From Chlorobiaceae bacterium (lineage in GTDB: Bacteria > Bacteroidota > Chlorobiia > Chlorobiales > Chlorobiaceae), in assembly GCA_012972835.1 (NCBI GenBank), contig JABDHK010000004.1:153530-217529 (forward strand): DNA of 64,000 bases, written 5' to 3'. The notes below the pieces were generated by a model. The model was given only the letters and a program-made list of their open reading frames with translations, was not told the DNA's origin and did no database searches. The translations under genes and the position numbers were made by a program. Shown here in pieces: positions 43,509 to 52,680 of the stretch (within the stretch, counting starts at the first letter, position 1; each line of letters opens with the position of its first letter).

Positions 43509-43889
43509 ATGCTGAAAATTTATTTTATCTTTGGCACTCTTTTGAATAAATTACCTGATTTATCATAGTTTTTTTCGGTAATTTTTTTAAATAAAGTAAC
43601 AGATATGGCCTATAACGGCTATACCAGAAAAATTACAATATAATTATCCGAATGTGTTAATGAAAGTGATCCAAATACATATAATGCGCCATATATAGCA
43701 TTTTTAGCATCAGTTCTTCATCCTCTAACCGTATCTGCAGAGTACTCATGAAAATCAGCAACAACAACAACTCTTGCATGACGCTGGCACATCAAAATAC
43801 CATTATCTATTGATTGGGGTCTTCTGAAAACATTTCACGCTTTTACCTGAGCATTAGCATTATAGTCATAAACCCAATAAAAAATAACA

Positions 43890-45251
43890 TTGAAAGAAAA
43901 ATTTACAGCGTTTCTTCTTGGTGCGCCCTCCAGCGGTTCCGGGAAAACAACTTTAACGCTTGCTCTCTTGAGGATTCTTGTACAGCGGGGATATTGCGTG
44001 CAACCCTTCAAGTGCGGACCCGATTATCTTGATACTCGCCTGCACTCCATGGCAGCGTCATACGGAGGGAATTTTCCTGCAGGCATTAATCTTGACACCT
44101 TCATGGCATCGGAAGCTCATGCGAAGGAGCTATTCAGCCGATATTCCTGCCGTGCGGATGCATCAGTTGTTGAAGGGGTGATGGGGCTGTTTGACGGTGC
44201 GGAAAAATCACAGGGAAGCAGTGCCGAGATTGCAAAACTACTCGGCATACCTGTTATCATGGTAATCAATGCAAAGAGTATGGCCTATTCAGCGGCTCCG
44301 CTTCTTTTTGGTTTCAGAACATTTGACCCAGATTTGAAACTTGCCGGTGTAATCTTTAATCAGGTCAACACCCCATCGCACTACCGCTACCTTGAAGAGG
44401 CCGCTCTTGATGCAAATGTCGAACCTCTCGGCTACATCCCCCGTAATGAAGCTATTGCAATCAGCGAGCGGCATCTCGGCCTCAATACCTCTCCAGGCTA
44501 CGACCGTGAGAGAGTTATTCAAGATATGGCAGAGCATATTCAAAAAACTGTTGCCATAGACCGCCTTCTTGAACTGACAACAATGGAGCGCCCGGCAATT
44601 CCCGGCAGCTCTGCTTCTAAAACTCTCTTCGGGAAAAAAGATGGAAAAGTCATTGCTGTTGCAAGAGATGAGGCGTTCAACTTTATCTACCAAGAAAATC
44701 TCAACGTGCTCGGAGAGTATGGGCGGATAGAATTTTTCAGCCCGATGGATGATAAGCGTCTTCCAGTCTGCGACCTGCTCTACCTTGCCGGGGGATACCC
44801 TGAACTCTATGCTGAAAAACTCTCCCTGAACTCTGCCATGCGTGAGCAGATCGCAGCCTACTGCCGGAACGGTGGCGCTGCCTATGCAGAGTGTGGCGGA
44901 ATGATGTATCTCGGCACCTCAATGATAAACAACAATGACACTCTCTATCCAATGTGCTGCGTGCTCGATCTGATAACGACCATGCAGCATGCCCGTCTGC
45001 ATCTCGGCTACCGCAAGGTGATTTTTGATACTGATTATGGGTACACCCGGGAACTGCTTGGTCATGAGTTTCACTACTCCCGTATCGACACTCATGGTGA
45101 TCTTGGCAATATCGCATCAGTTACCGATGCGAGAAACGAACAGACAGGAACCGGAATGTTCCGTTACAAGAACACCGTAGCATCCTACATCCATCTCTAC
45201 TGGGGAGAAACAAGAGATTTCCCTGAATTTCTGTTCACAAAAAATTATTAA
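43890..45251 (+). CDS. cbiA: Cobyrinate a,c-diamide synthase
   Basis: 453 aa with the N-terminal P-loop GAPSSGSGKTTLTLALL and a C-terminal glutamine-amidotransferase domain (AECGGMMYLG, HEFHYS). TTG start. Confidence 0.85.
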   Translation: MKEKFTAFLLGAPSSGSGKTTLTLALLRILVQRGYCVQPFKCGPDYLDTRLHSMAASYGGNFPAGINLDTFMASEAHAKELFSRYSCRADASVVEGVMGLFDGAEKSQGSSAEIAKLLGIPVIMVINAKSMAYSAAPLLFGFRTFDPDLKLAGVIFNQVNTPSHYRYLEEAALDANVEPLGYIPRNEAIAISERHLGLNTSPGYDRERVIQDMAEHIQKTVAIDRLLELTTMERPAIPGSSASKTLFGKKDGKVIAVARDEAFNFIYQENLNVLGEYGRIEFFSPMDDKRLPVCDLLYLAGGYPELYAEKLSLNSAMREQIAAYCRNGGAAYAECGGMMYLGTSMINNNDTLYPMCCVLDLITTMQHARLHLGYRKVIFDTDYGYTRELLGHEFHYSRIDTHGDLGNIASVTDARNEQTGTGMFRYKNTVASYIHLYWGETRDFPEFLFTKNY

Positions 45252-45375
45252 TTTTGATATATAGAAAAAATCACCCATCGCGCGGCCTCAACAAATGCGT
45301 AATGATTAATAGAGTACCCCGAAGCCATGCTCTGGGGAATGTTTTTGCTTCCAACCATTAACCAGGAACAACACT

Positions 45376-45582
45376 ATGAAAAAGAATTTTTTTGCCGCTC
45401 TTATTGTAGCTCTTGCCTTGACACCTCTCTTTGGCGGAGTAACCTTTGCAGTGGAGAATCAAGCCTCCGAGACCAAAACAGTTGCGACCACCGAAGTGAA
45501 AGCTGAAACGCCACCTGCAGCCGAAAAAAATGAGTCTAAAACAGATGAGTGCTGCACCGTCGGCGAACTGAAGCCTCTATAA
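45376..45582 (+). CDS. Small secreted protein (68 aa) with a C-terminal Cys-Cys
   Basis: Signal peptide MKKNFFAALIVALALTPLFGGVTFA, then a low-complexity T/E/K/A-rich segment ending ...DECCTVGELKPL. Confidence 0.5.
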   Translation: MKKNFFAALIVALALTPLFGGVTFAVENQASETKTVATTEVKAETPPAAEKNESKTDECCTVGELKPL

Positions 45583-45599
45583 AAAAAACGCTAACGCTG

Positions 45600-45620
45600 C
45601 CGCGAAAGCATTTCGCGGCA
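45600..45620. terminator. Hairpin between convergent genes (probable bidirectional terminator)
   Basis: GCCGCGAAA-GCA-TTTCGCGGC, a 9-bp perfect stem. An A8 run lies 10 nt upstream, which is a U-run for the minus-strand transcript. There is no U-run on the plus side, so it is non-canonical. Confidence 0.45.
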
Positions 45621-45642
45621 AACTGGTAACATTGGAATACGC

Positions 45643-46605
45643 TTACTCCTCGGGGGGAAGGGAAGGTCGGGCGGAACGAATGACCTCTTCGGCTTTGCGT
45701 AACGACTGGCGTGACTCCTCTGCATCAGGACGACTATCGGCAAATTTCACCAGATCAGCCTGCGCAAGGAGGTTCATAATACTTTCAAAACCGGCAACAC
45801 CGAGCTTTTTAAGATCGCGTTCAATCTCCTGCGTTACAGCCTCAAGCGCCCTGATCCTGTAGTGGGTCTCAAGAAAAGAGCGCATGATGTTGCTGAGCTC
45901 TTCGTAGCATTCGGGCGGTGGCATTCCGGCTGAAAGCCTCGAACGAAGTTTGCGAAGCTTTCGCTGTGCAACTTGACCGGGATCAACTTTTTCAGCGCTT
46001 GTACGCACCGATCGCTTCAGAAAAAACAGCAGAAGCAGCACCAGCCCGGCAATTGCGAAAACGCCAAGGATAACGGGCAAAAACAAAAGAAAAGGTAGCA
46101 AAGGCTTGATGGGTGGCTTGATGGGCCTGATCTCACGCATGGTAGAGTCAGTAAGCGCTTTGACCAGAACCAATGTCGATGACCGGTAAGAGTCACGCTT
46201 TATGACCTTTCCTTCGCTGTCGCGAAGCACCACACTGAAGGGGGGAATCAGCAGGCGCCCACTGCCAAATACAGCAAGCTCAAACTCAAAACTCTCTTTC
46301 GCAGTGCCAAGTGAAACAATGGAAGAGGATTGTTTGCGGCTGATCAGTTCGAAGGGCTGCACCGAAAGCGAATCAATACCTTCAAGGGCGACAAGCTCGT
46401 TTGCCGGGTGGCGCACACCAATGATGCAGTGGATACGATCGCCAACAAACACGCTGTCAGGAGCAAGCGTCACCGTTACTCCGGAAACCGCTCCCCAAGC
46501 CGCTACAGGTAATGCGCAAACCGTGAGCATTGGCAACGCAGCAAACAGCACAATAACAAGCCATTTGAGCGAACCGGATGCATACCCTTCAGACCTTCTG
46601 TTCAC
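45643..46605 (-). CDS. Membrane protein of the Bat/MoxR operon (BatD-like N-terminal domain, central TM helix, DUF4381-like tail)
   Basis: 320 aa with a signal/TM at the N-terminus and a central TM helix (LLPFLLFLPVILGVFAIAGLVLLLLFF). It overlaps the DUF58 gene by 17 nt. The family call is tentative. Confidence 0.55.
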   Translation of the reverse strand: MNRRSEGYASGSLKWLVIVLFAALPMLTVCALPVAAWGAVSGVTVTLAPDSVFVGDRIHCIIGVRHPANELVALEGIDSLSVQPFELISRKQSSSIVSLGTAKESFEFELAVFGSGRLLIPPFSVVLRDSEGKVIKRDSYRSSTLVLVKALTDSTMREIRPIKPPIKPLLPFLLFLPVILGVFAIAGLVLLLLFFLKRSVRTSAEKVDPGQVAQRKLRKLRSRLSAGMPPPECYEELSNIMRSFLETHYRIRALEAVTQEIERDLKKLGVAGFESIMNLLAQADLVKFADSRPDAEESRQSLRKAEEVIRSARPSLPPEE

Positions 46606-47515
46606 GGTACCGGAAAAAAGAGTTCAGGTCGCCTATGAACGAACGGTCAGTATCAAGAAAAACCGTATCAATACGCATGCGCCGGAGACGCTGACGAAGC
46701 TCCTCATGCTGTCTTGACTGCTCCTGGCGGTAACGGGCTACTTCCGTGCGACTTCCGGCATCAACGGTTATGCGCAATCCAGTTTCAGGTTCTTCAAGAT
46801 CAAGCATGGCGCTGAGAGGAAGTGCTTTATCGAGCGGATCGCTGATGTGCACCAGAATAACATCGTGGCGGGTATTAAGTTGCTTCATCCCTTTTTCATA
46901 ATCACTGGCCACCAGATCAGTCATAAAAAAAATAATTGCATGTCTCCTGAGAGTATAGCGTATAAAAGAGAGCGCTGCATTGATATCGGTCTTCCTGTTC
47001 TGTGGTTTGAGACGGAAGAGCTCTTCAAGAATAACCAGCACATGCTGCCTTCCTTTTCTGGGAGCAATAAAGGTTTCAACCTGATCAGTAAATACCAGAA
47101 GCCCAACCTTGTCATTATTCTGGATGGCGCTGAAGGCAAGCACGGCGCTGACTTCCAGAGCAAGTTCCTTTTTGCGGCGCTGTTGACTGCCAAAAAGCAT
47201 CGAAGCCGATCCATCAACCACAAGCAGCAGTGTCCTCTCCCGCTCTTCGGTAAAAAGTTTGACATACAATTCGTATTTGCGAGCGGAAGTATTCCAGTCA
47301 ATAGAGCGGACATCATCACCATACTGGTATTCACGGACATGGCTGAACTCAATCCCTTTTCCCTTGAATGAGGAGCGGTATTCCCCACTGAACAGCTCAC
47401 TGGCCATTCGTTTTGAGCGAATTTCAACCCGCCTTATGATTCTCTGAAGCTCTTTCAGATACTCTTCACTCTTTTCCATTACAAGACTCCAATACTTTTT
47501 CAAGCTCAATACCAC
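46589..47515 (-). CDS. DUF58-family protein (MoxR-associated, vWA-like)
   Basis: EFSHVREYQYGDDVRSIDWNTSAR is the hallmark DUF58 motif. It lies immediately downstream of moxR. Confidence 0.85.
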   Translation of the reverse strand: MVLSLKKYWSLVMEKSEEYLKELQRIIRRVEIRSKRMASELFSGEYRSSFKGKGIEFSHVREYQYGDDVRSIDWNTSARKYELYVKLFTEERERTLLLVVDGSASMLFGSQQRRKKELALEVSAVLAFSAIQNNDKVGLLVFTDQVETFIAPRKGRQHVLVILEELFRLKPQNRKTDINAALSFIRYTLRRHAIIFFMTDLVASDYEKGMKQLNTRHDVILVHISDPLDKALPLSAMLDLEEPETGLRITVDAGSRTEVARYRQEQSRQHEELRQRLRRMRIDTVFLDTDRSFIGDLNSFFRYREQKV

Positions 47516-47526
47516 AGAGTTCGATC

Positions 47527-48525
47527 TTACGGAACCTGTACATGCTGCAGAATCTGACGGATAATATCATCCGATCGTATATTGTCGGCTTCAGCTTCAT
47601 ACCCAGGCCTTATACGGTGCCGGAGGGTATCGTAGGCAATGGCCTTCACATCTTCAGGGGTTATGTACGCCCGGTGCTGCAGAAAAGCGTGGGCTTTGGA
47701 TGCAAGAAGAAGAAATATTGAGGCCCTTGGAGATGCACCAAATTCAATCATAGTTTCAAGAGAGGCAATACCATACTGTGCAGGTTTTCTGCTTGCTACA
47801 ACCAGATCGACAATGTAGCGCTGCACCCTTGGGTCAACATAGATAAGATCAATCAAGGCTCTCGCCTTTGCAATATCAACAGGCTGCACGACAGGTTGAA
47901 CTGGAGCAGCACTGGCGTTGGTGGCAGATTTAAGCATGATCTCAAGCTCTTCATCGTATGAGGGATAATCGACAATAACCTTCATCATAAACCGGTCTAT
48001 CTGCGCTTCCGGCAGAATGTAGGTTCCTTCATGCTCAATTGGATTCTGTGTAGCCAGCACCATAAAGGGCTCCTGCAGGGGAAAAGTTTGTGTGCCGATC
48101 GTTACCTGACGCTCCTGCATGGCCTCAAGCAGAGCTGACTGCACTTTGGCAGGTGAACGGTTGATTTCATCAGCAAGAATAACATTAGCAAAAACCGGGC
48201 CTTTGCGTGGATAGAACTCCATATCTTTTGGATTGTAGATCATCGTACCAATAAGATCGGCCGGAAGCATATCAGGTGTAAACTGGATTCGCTGAAACTT
48301 CAGGTTCATTGCTGCAGCAAAGGTCCTGATAATGAGTGTTTTGGCAAGTCCCGGCACACCCTCAAGCAATATGTGACCGTTAACCAGCATCGCGATAAAG
48401 ATCCGCCGGATAACATCATGCTGGCCTATAACCCGACGGGAAAGCTGTTCCTCTGCCTTTTCAATAAAACGTGAGGCCTCCGTAATCTGCATTCCAAGTT
48501 CCTCAAGTTCAACTGCATGCTGCAT
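47527..48525 (-). CDS. moxR: MoxR-family AAA+ ATPase
   Basis: 332 aa with Walker A LLEGVPGLAKT and Walker B ILADEINR, plus ...ATQNPIEHEGTYILPEAQIDRF. Confidence 0.93.
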   Translation of the reverse strand: MQHAVELEELGMQITEASRFIEKAEEQLSRRVIGQHDVIRRIFIAMLVNGHILLEGVPGLAKTLIIRTFAAAMNLKFQRIQFTPDMLPADLIGTMIYNPKDMEFYPRKGPVFANVILADEINRSPAKVQSALLEAMQERQVTIGTQTFPLQEPFMVLATQNPIEHEGTYILPEAQIDRFMMKVIVDYPSYDEELEIMLKSATNASAAPVQPVVQPVDIAKARALIDLIYVDPRVQRYIVDLVVASRKPAQYGIASLETMIEFGASPRASIFLLLASKAHAFLQHRAYITPEDVKAIAYDTLRHRIRPGYEAEADNIRSDDIIRQILQHVQVP

Positions 48526-48578
48526 AGTGCCCCCTCTCGCTTATCCTTGTTAAGTAACACCTCTCCGCTTGTCCCCTT

Positions 48579-48806
48579 TTACAGTTTTTTATACAGCCCG
48601 TTAAAACCAAAAACCAGTAATAAAAGCCCGCCGATCAGAGCTGGCCATGAATAGAGATCGGGGATGTAATGAATACTGTTAAGAATGCCGAAATCGGGCG
48701 CAAAAAGAAGAATCAAGTCGGCGCCTACAAGAATGACAAGAACATGAAAAACGCTTACCTTAACACCTGGTTTGCTATTATTCCCCGGTTTGTTAGCTTT
48801 GCCCAT
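48579..48806 (-). CDS. Small two-TM membrane protein (75 aa)
   Basis: Two hydrophobic segments follow a basic N-terminus. I recognise no family. Confidence 0.45.
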   Translation of the reverse strand: MGKANKPGNNSKPGVKVSVFHVLVILVGADLILLFAPDFGILNSIHYIPDLYSWPALIGGLLLLVFGFNGLYKKL

Positions 48807-48829
48807 AGCTCTTTAAAATAAATTATATC

Positions 48830-49885
48830 ATGAATATTTTAGGCATAGAAAGCAGCTGTGATGAAACATCGGCAGCTGTGCTTTGTGACGGTCAGGTATG
48901 CTCGAATGTGATCAGCTCACAACGCTGTCATGCAGCCTTTGGTGGCGTTGTACCTGAGCTGGCTTCGAGAGAACACGAACGGCTTATTGTTTCAATTACG
49001 GATGATGCCGTAACTGAAGCCAATATAACAAAAAATGAACTGGATGTCATAGCCGCGACCGCTGGACCTGGTCTCATCGGCGCAGTCATGGTTGGTCTTT
49101 GTTTTGCTCAAGGCATGGCCTATGCACTTGGACTACCTTTCATACCGGTCAATCATATTGAAGCGCATATATTCTCACCCTTTATCAATGAGGGTGCCGG
49201 TCATCACTCCCCCGACAACTCATTTATCTCTCTGACGGTTTCCGGAGGACATACCCTGCTTTCAGTGGTAGCACAGGATCTCTCATACGAGGTTATTGGT
49301 CGCACACTTGATGATGCTGCGGGTGAGGCTTTCGACAAAACAGGAAAGATGCTTGGCCTCCCCTATCCGGCAGGTCCAGTAATCGACAAGCTGGCAGAAC
49401 AGGGTGACCCGGCTTTCCACAAGTTTCCCCGTGCGCTCACCTCGCAATCACAGACCAGCAAAAGCTACCTGAATAATTTCGATTTCAGCTTTTCAGGGCT
49501 TAAAACCTCTGTACTCACCTGGCTTCAAAAACAGACACCAGAGTTCAGAGAACTTCATCTCCCCGATATAGCCGCATCAATCCAATGGGCCATTGTCAGT
49601 GTGCTGGTAGAAAAAACCATATCGGCGGCACAAAGCCGGGGCATCAAGAGTGTTGCAATTGCGGGAGGAGTAAGCGCCAACTCAGGACTCCGAAAAGCCA
49701 TGCAAGATGCCTGCAACAAGAATGGAATAACACTCTATCTCCCTGGCAAAATCTACTCTACCGATAATGCCGCCATGATTGCCACGCTTGCAGCTGTAAA
49801 ACTGTCACGAGGCATGAAAGCAGAGCGTTGCTACAATGTTGCACCTTACGCAAGCTTCGCCGCTGGAGCGCACAGGAAGGCATGA
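48830..49885 (+). CDS. tsaD: tRNA N6-adenosine threonylcarbamoyltransferase TsaD (Kae1/Gcp)
   Basis: [17 protein letters not shown]...VNHIEAHI...SGGHT is canonical for TsaD. Confidence 0.95.
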   Translation: MNILGIESSCDETSAAVLCDGQVCSNVISSQRCHAAFGGVVPELASREHERLIVSITDDAVTEANITKNELDVIAATAGPGLIGAVMVGLCFAQGMAYALGLPFIPVNHIEAHIFSPFINEGAGHHSPDNSFISLTVSGGHTLLSVVAQDLSYEVIGRTLDDAAGEAFDKTGKMLGLPYPAGPVIDKLAEQGDPAFHKFPRALTSQSQTSKSYLNNFDFSFSGLKTSVLTWLQKQTPEFRELHLPDIAASIQWAIVSVLVEKTISAAQSRGIKSVAIAGGVSANSGLRKAMQDACNKNGITLYLPGKIYSTDNAAMIATLAAVKLSRGMKAERCYNVAPYASFAAGAHRKA

Positions 49886-49967
49886 TTGAAATAGTTCTAT
49901 AAATACATTACATTATTGCTCATCAACAAAAGCTTTCAGATTTTTTTATAAATATCACAACGATACC

Positions 49968-50321
49968 ATGCATAATAGTATACTTGCTCTGCTCCTTTTC
50001 TCACCTCCCGCAGGAGGGCAGACTCCAAACCCATTCATTCAGCTTGTTCCGCTTGTCCTTATCTTTATTGTCTTTTACTTTTTCATGATCCGCCCGCAGC
50101 AGAAAAAACAGAAGGATAGAGAAAAAGTACTCGATAACTTAAAAAGAGGGGACCGTGTTGTCACCATAGGTGGTATTCATGGTACTGTTGCCGGAATTGA
50201 TGCAGAGAAAAAAACCGTTCTTGTTCAGGTTTCTGATGCCATTAAAATAACATTCGACCGCACTGCAGTTGCCAATATTGACAAACAGGAATCGGGCAAT
50301 AAACTCACGACCAAGGAGTGA
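49968..50321 (+). CDS. yajC: Preprotein translocase subunit YajC
   Basis: A single TM helix followed by [12 protein letters not shown]....L..GD.VVT.GGIHG.V, the YajC signature. Confidence 0.88.
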   Translation: MHNSILALLLFSPPAGGQTPNPFIQLVPLVLIFIVFYFFMIRPQQKKQKDREKVLDNLKRGDRVVTIGGIHGTVAGIDAEKKTVLVQVSDAIKITFDRTAVANIDKQESGNKLTTKE

Positions 50322-51439
50322 CCAGTATAATGCAGCCAAGACCAGCAAAATTGGTATTAGAAAACGGATCTGTCTATAACGGGACAGCATTTGGCCATAT
50401 CGGAGAAGCAACCGGTGAAGTTGTTTTCAATACATCACATACAGGATATCAGGAAATTCTGACCGACCCTTCCTATGCCGGCCAGATGGTGTTGATGACC
50501 TATCCGCTGATAGGAAACTACGGCATCAACAAGAGTGATAATGAATCAACGAAAATTTGGACATCAGCCTTTATAGTCCGCGAAGTATCCAATATCTACA
50601 GTAATTTCGAAGCCACACAGACTCTTGATGATTGCCTCAAGGAGTCAGGAGTCATGGGACTTGCCGGTATCGATACACGCAAGCTTGTTCGCGAGATCCG
50701 CGAAAAAGGCGCAATGAGGGGTATTATTTCAGCTCTTGACACCAGCGATGAAAGCTTGAAAGATAGAGTCCAGCATACGCCTGAAATGAGTGGACGTGAT
50801 CTGGTAAAAACTGTAACGGTCAGCGAAAACTATACCCTTGAAAAAGCTGATGCCCGCTTCCATGTGGCGGCATTTGATTATGGCATCAAAACCAATATCC
50901 TGCGTATGCTTCAGCACTCTGGCTGCAAGGTTACGGTACTTAATGCTGAAACAACAGCCGAAGAGGTGATAGCTCTCAACCCCGACGGAGTTTTTCTGTC
51001 AAACGGCCCTGGCGACCCTTCAGCAGTAGGCTATGCGATTGAGACCATCAAAAAACTTGCAGAGTATAACAGAACCACCAGGCAACTCCCGATATTCGGT
51101 ATCTGCCTTGGTCACCAGCTGCTTTCGCTCGCTTTCGGTGCTGAAACCTATAAATTGAAATTCGGTCATCACGGAAGCAATCATCCGGTTAAAAACCTCA
51201 CCAGCAAGCAGATAGAGATAACATCACAGAACCATGGCTTTGCAGTAAATATGGACTCGCTGCCTGACAATCTTGAAATGACTCATCTGAATCTTTACGA
51301 CAATACCGTAGAAGGGATCAAGCACCTCAAACTGCCTTGCTTTTCGGTTCAATATCACCCTGAAGCCGCACCAGGACCACACGACTCTCACTACCTGTTC
51401 AAACAGTTCACCTCGCTCATGGAGCAGGCGAAAAACTAA
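50318..51439 (+). CDS. carA: Carbamoyl-phosphate synthase small (glutaminase) subunit
   Basis: [17 protein letters not shown]...[17 protein letters not shown]...GICLGHQLL...QYHPEA. The start is possibly ATG 50330. Confidence 0.96.
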   Translation: MTSIMQPRPAKLVLENGSVYNGTAFGHIGEATGEVVFNTSHTGYQEILTDPSYAGQMVLMTYPLIGNYGINKSDNESTKIWTSAFIVREVSNIYSNFEATQTLDDCLKESGVMGLAGIDTRKLVREIREKGAMRGIISALDTSDESLKDRVQHTPEMSGRDLVKTVTVSENYTLEKADARFHVAAFDYGIKTNILRMLQHSGCKVTVLNAETTAEEVIALNPDGVFLSNGPGDPSAVGYAIETIKKLAEYNRTTRQLPIFGICLGHQLLSLAFGAETYKLKFGHHGSNHPVKNLTSKQIEITSQNHGFAVNMDSLPDNLEMTHLNLYDNTVEGIKHLKLPCFSVQYHPEAAPGPHDSHYLFKQFTSLMEQAKN

Positions 51440-51483
51440 TTGCAAGGAATCTCTGTAATTAATTCAAACCACTTTCTGAAGAG

Positions 51484-52623
51484 ATGAAAAAAAGATTATT
51501 CACACCAGGGCCAACCCCTGTGCCCGAAAATGTCATGCTTCGCATGGCAGCTCCGATTATCCATCACAGGAACCCTGAGTTCATGGAAATTTTGACCAGG
51601 GTTCATGAGGATCTGAAGTATCTCTTTAGAACAACACAACCTGTTGTTGTCCTCAGTTGCTCAGGAACGGGCGGCATGGAATCCGCTATTTCAAGTATTT
51701 TTAATCAGGGCGACAAGGTCATCACCGTCAACGCTGGTAAATTCGGTGAACGATGGGGTGAGCTTGTACGGCTTTTTACTGGCAATTGCATTGAAGAAAA
51801 AATTGCATGGGGGAGTGCCATTCAGCCCGAACGATTGTTGGGGTTGCTCAAAGAACATCCGGATGCCAAGGGTGTCTGCCTGACCCACTCTGAAACATCA
51901 ACCGGCACCGCAGCTGATATCCAGACTCTCAGTGCTCTCATTCGCGAACACTCCGAAGCTCTTGTTCTGGTTGACGGCATTACTGCTGTCGGAGCACACG
52001 AGTTCCATTTTGATGACTGGGGCGTTGATATCTGCATTACCGGTTCACAAAAAGGACTTATGATGCCTCCGGGACTTGCACTGGTTGCTATTTCCGAAAG
52101 AGCGCAGGATGTCATTAATGGTCAGAGTGGCAAAATACAGTACTACCTGAGCCTTAAAAAAGCCCTGAAAGCTCATGCAGGAGACGACACACCCTTTACC
52201 CCCGCTGTTTCACTGGTGATCGGTCTTGATGAAGCACTCCAGATGATCAAGGAGGAAGGCATTGAGAAGATCTGGAAACGACATGAAAGCCTTGCAAGTG
52301 CCTGCCGTCAGGGATGTAACGCTCTTGGCATGAAGCTGTTCAGCAACTCTCCTTCATTTGCCGTTACTCCTGTCTGGCTTCCCGAGGGAGTCAAATGGTC
52401 AGCATTCAACAAGGCACTGAAAATCAACAACGGTATCACCGTGGCGGCAGGTCAGGATGACTTTAAGGACAAGATTTTCCGTATTGCTCATCTTGGATTC
52501 TACGATGAACTCGACATGCTGACGGTGATCGGTGGCCTGGAACGAGCTCTGAAGGAGATCAACTTCGATTTTGAAGTCGGGGTCGGTGTCAGTGCTGTTC
52601 AGAAGGCATTTCTCGGAAACTAA
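51484..52623 (+). CDS. Class V (PLP) aminotransferase, serine-pyruvate/alanine-glyoxylate type
   Basis: 379 aa with LFTPGPTPVPENV at the N-terminus and ...TGSQKGLMMPPGL (the PLP-lysine context). Substrate is unknown. Confidence 0.8.
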   Translation: MKKRLFTPGPTPVPENVMLRMAAPIIHHRNPEFMEILTRVHEDLKYLFRTTQPVVVLSCSGTGGMESAISSIFNQGDKVITVNAGKFGERWGELVRLFTGNCIEEKIAWGSAIQPERLLGLLKEHPDAKGVCLTHSETSTGTAADIQTLSALIREHSEALVLVDGITAVGAHEFHFDDWGVDICITGSQKGLMMPPGLALVAISERAQDVINGQSGKIQYYLSLKKALKAHAGDDTPFTPAVSLVIGLDEALQMIKEEGIEKIWKRHESLASACRQGCNALGMKLFSNSPSFAVTPVWLPEGVKWSAFNKALKINNGITVAAGQDDFKDKIFRIAHLGFYDELDMLTVIGGLERALKEINFDFEVGVGVSAVQKAFLGN

Positions 52624-52649
52624 AGCCGAACAATAGTCCTGGATAAAAG

Positions 52650-52674
52650 AACCGCCCATCCGGGTGGTTTTTTT
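52650..52674 (+). terminator. Rho-independent terminator after the aminotransferase gene
   Basis: AACCGCCC-ATCC-GGGTGGTT running into a T7 tract, 26 nt after the stop. Confidence 0.75.
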
Positions 52675-52680
52675 ATCCAC

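Larger units (their letters stand above)
40147..43889. other. AT-rich islet (putative horizontally acquired) carrying the methyltransferase and hybrid kinase genes
   Basis: I hand-counted individual 60-nt lines. Inside the islet they give about 27-32 % G+C (lines starting 40921, 42541, 43201). In flanking batA and cbiA they give about 50-55 % (lines starting 39601, 44401). No integrase, tRNA or clear direct repeats are at the borders. Confidence 0.7.

Noticed and set aside
40230-43889. Shared 8-mer ATTACAAT near both borders of the AT-rich islet, considered as a target-site duplication.
   Set aside because: An 8-mer made only of A/T/C in about 30 % G+C DNA is expected by chance. No longer flanking identity, integrase or tRNA target was seen.
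43509-43889. 381-nt AT-rich spacer upstream of cbiA, inspected for a cobalamin riboswitch.
   Set aside because: I could not find the conserved B12-box-like core (GCCACUG context) or the GC-rich paired regions expected. The region looks like islet-derived AT-rich promoter DNA. A covariance-model scan (Rfam RF00174) would be the decisive test.
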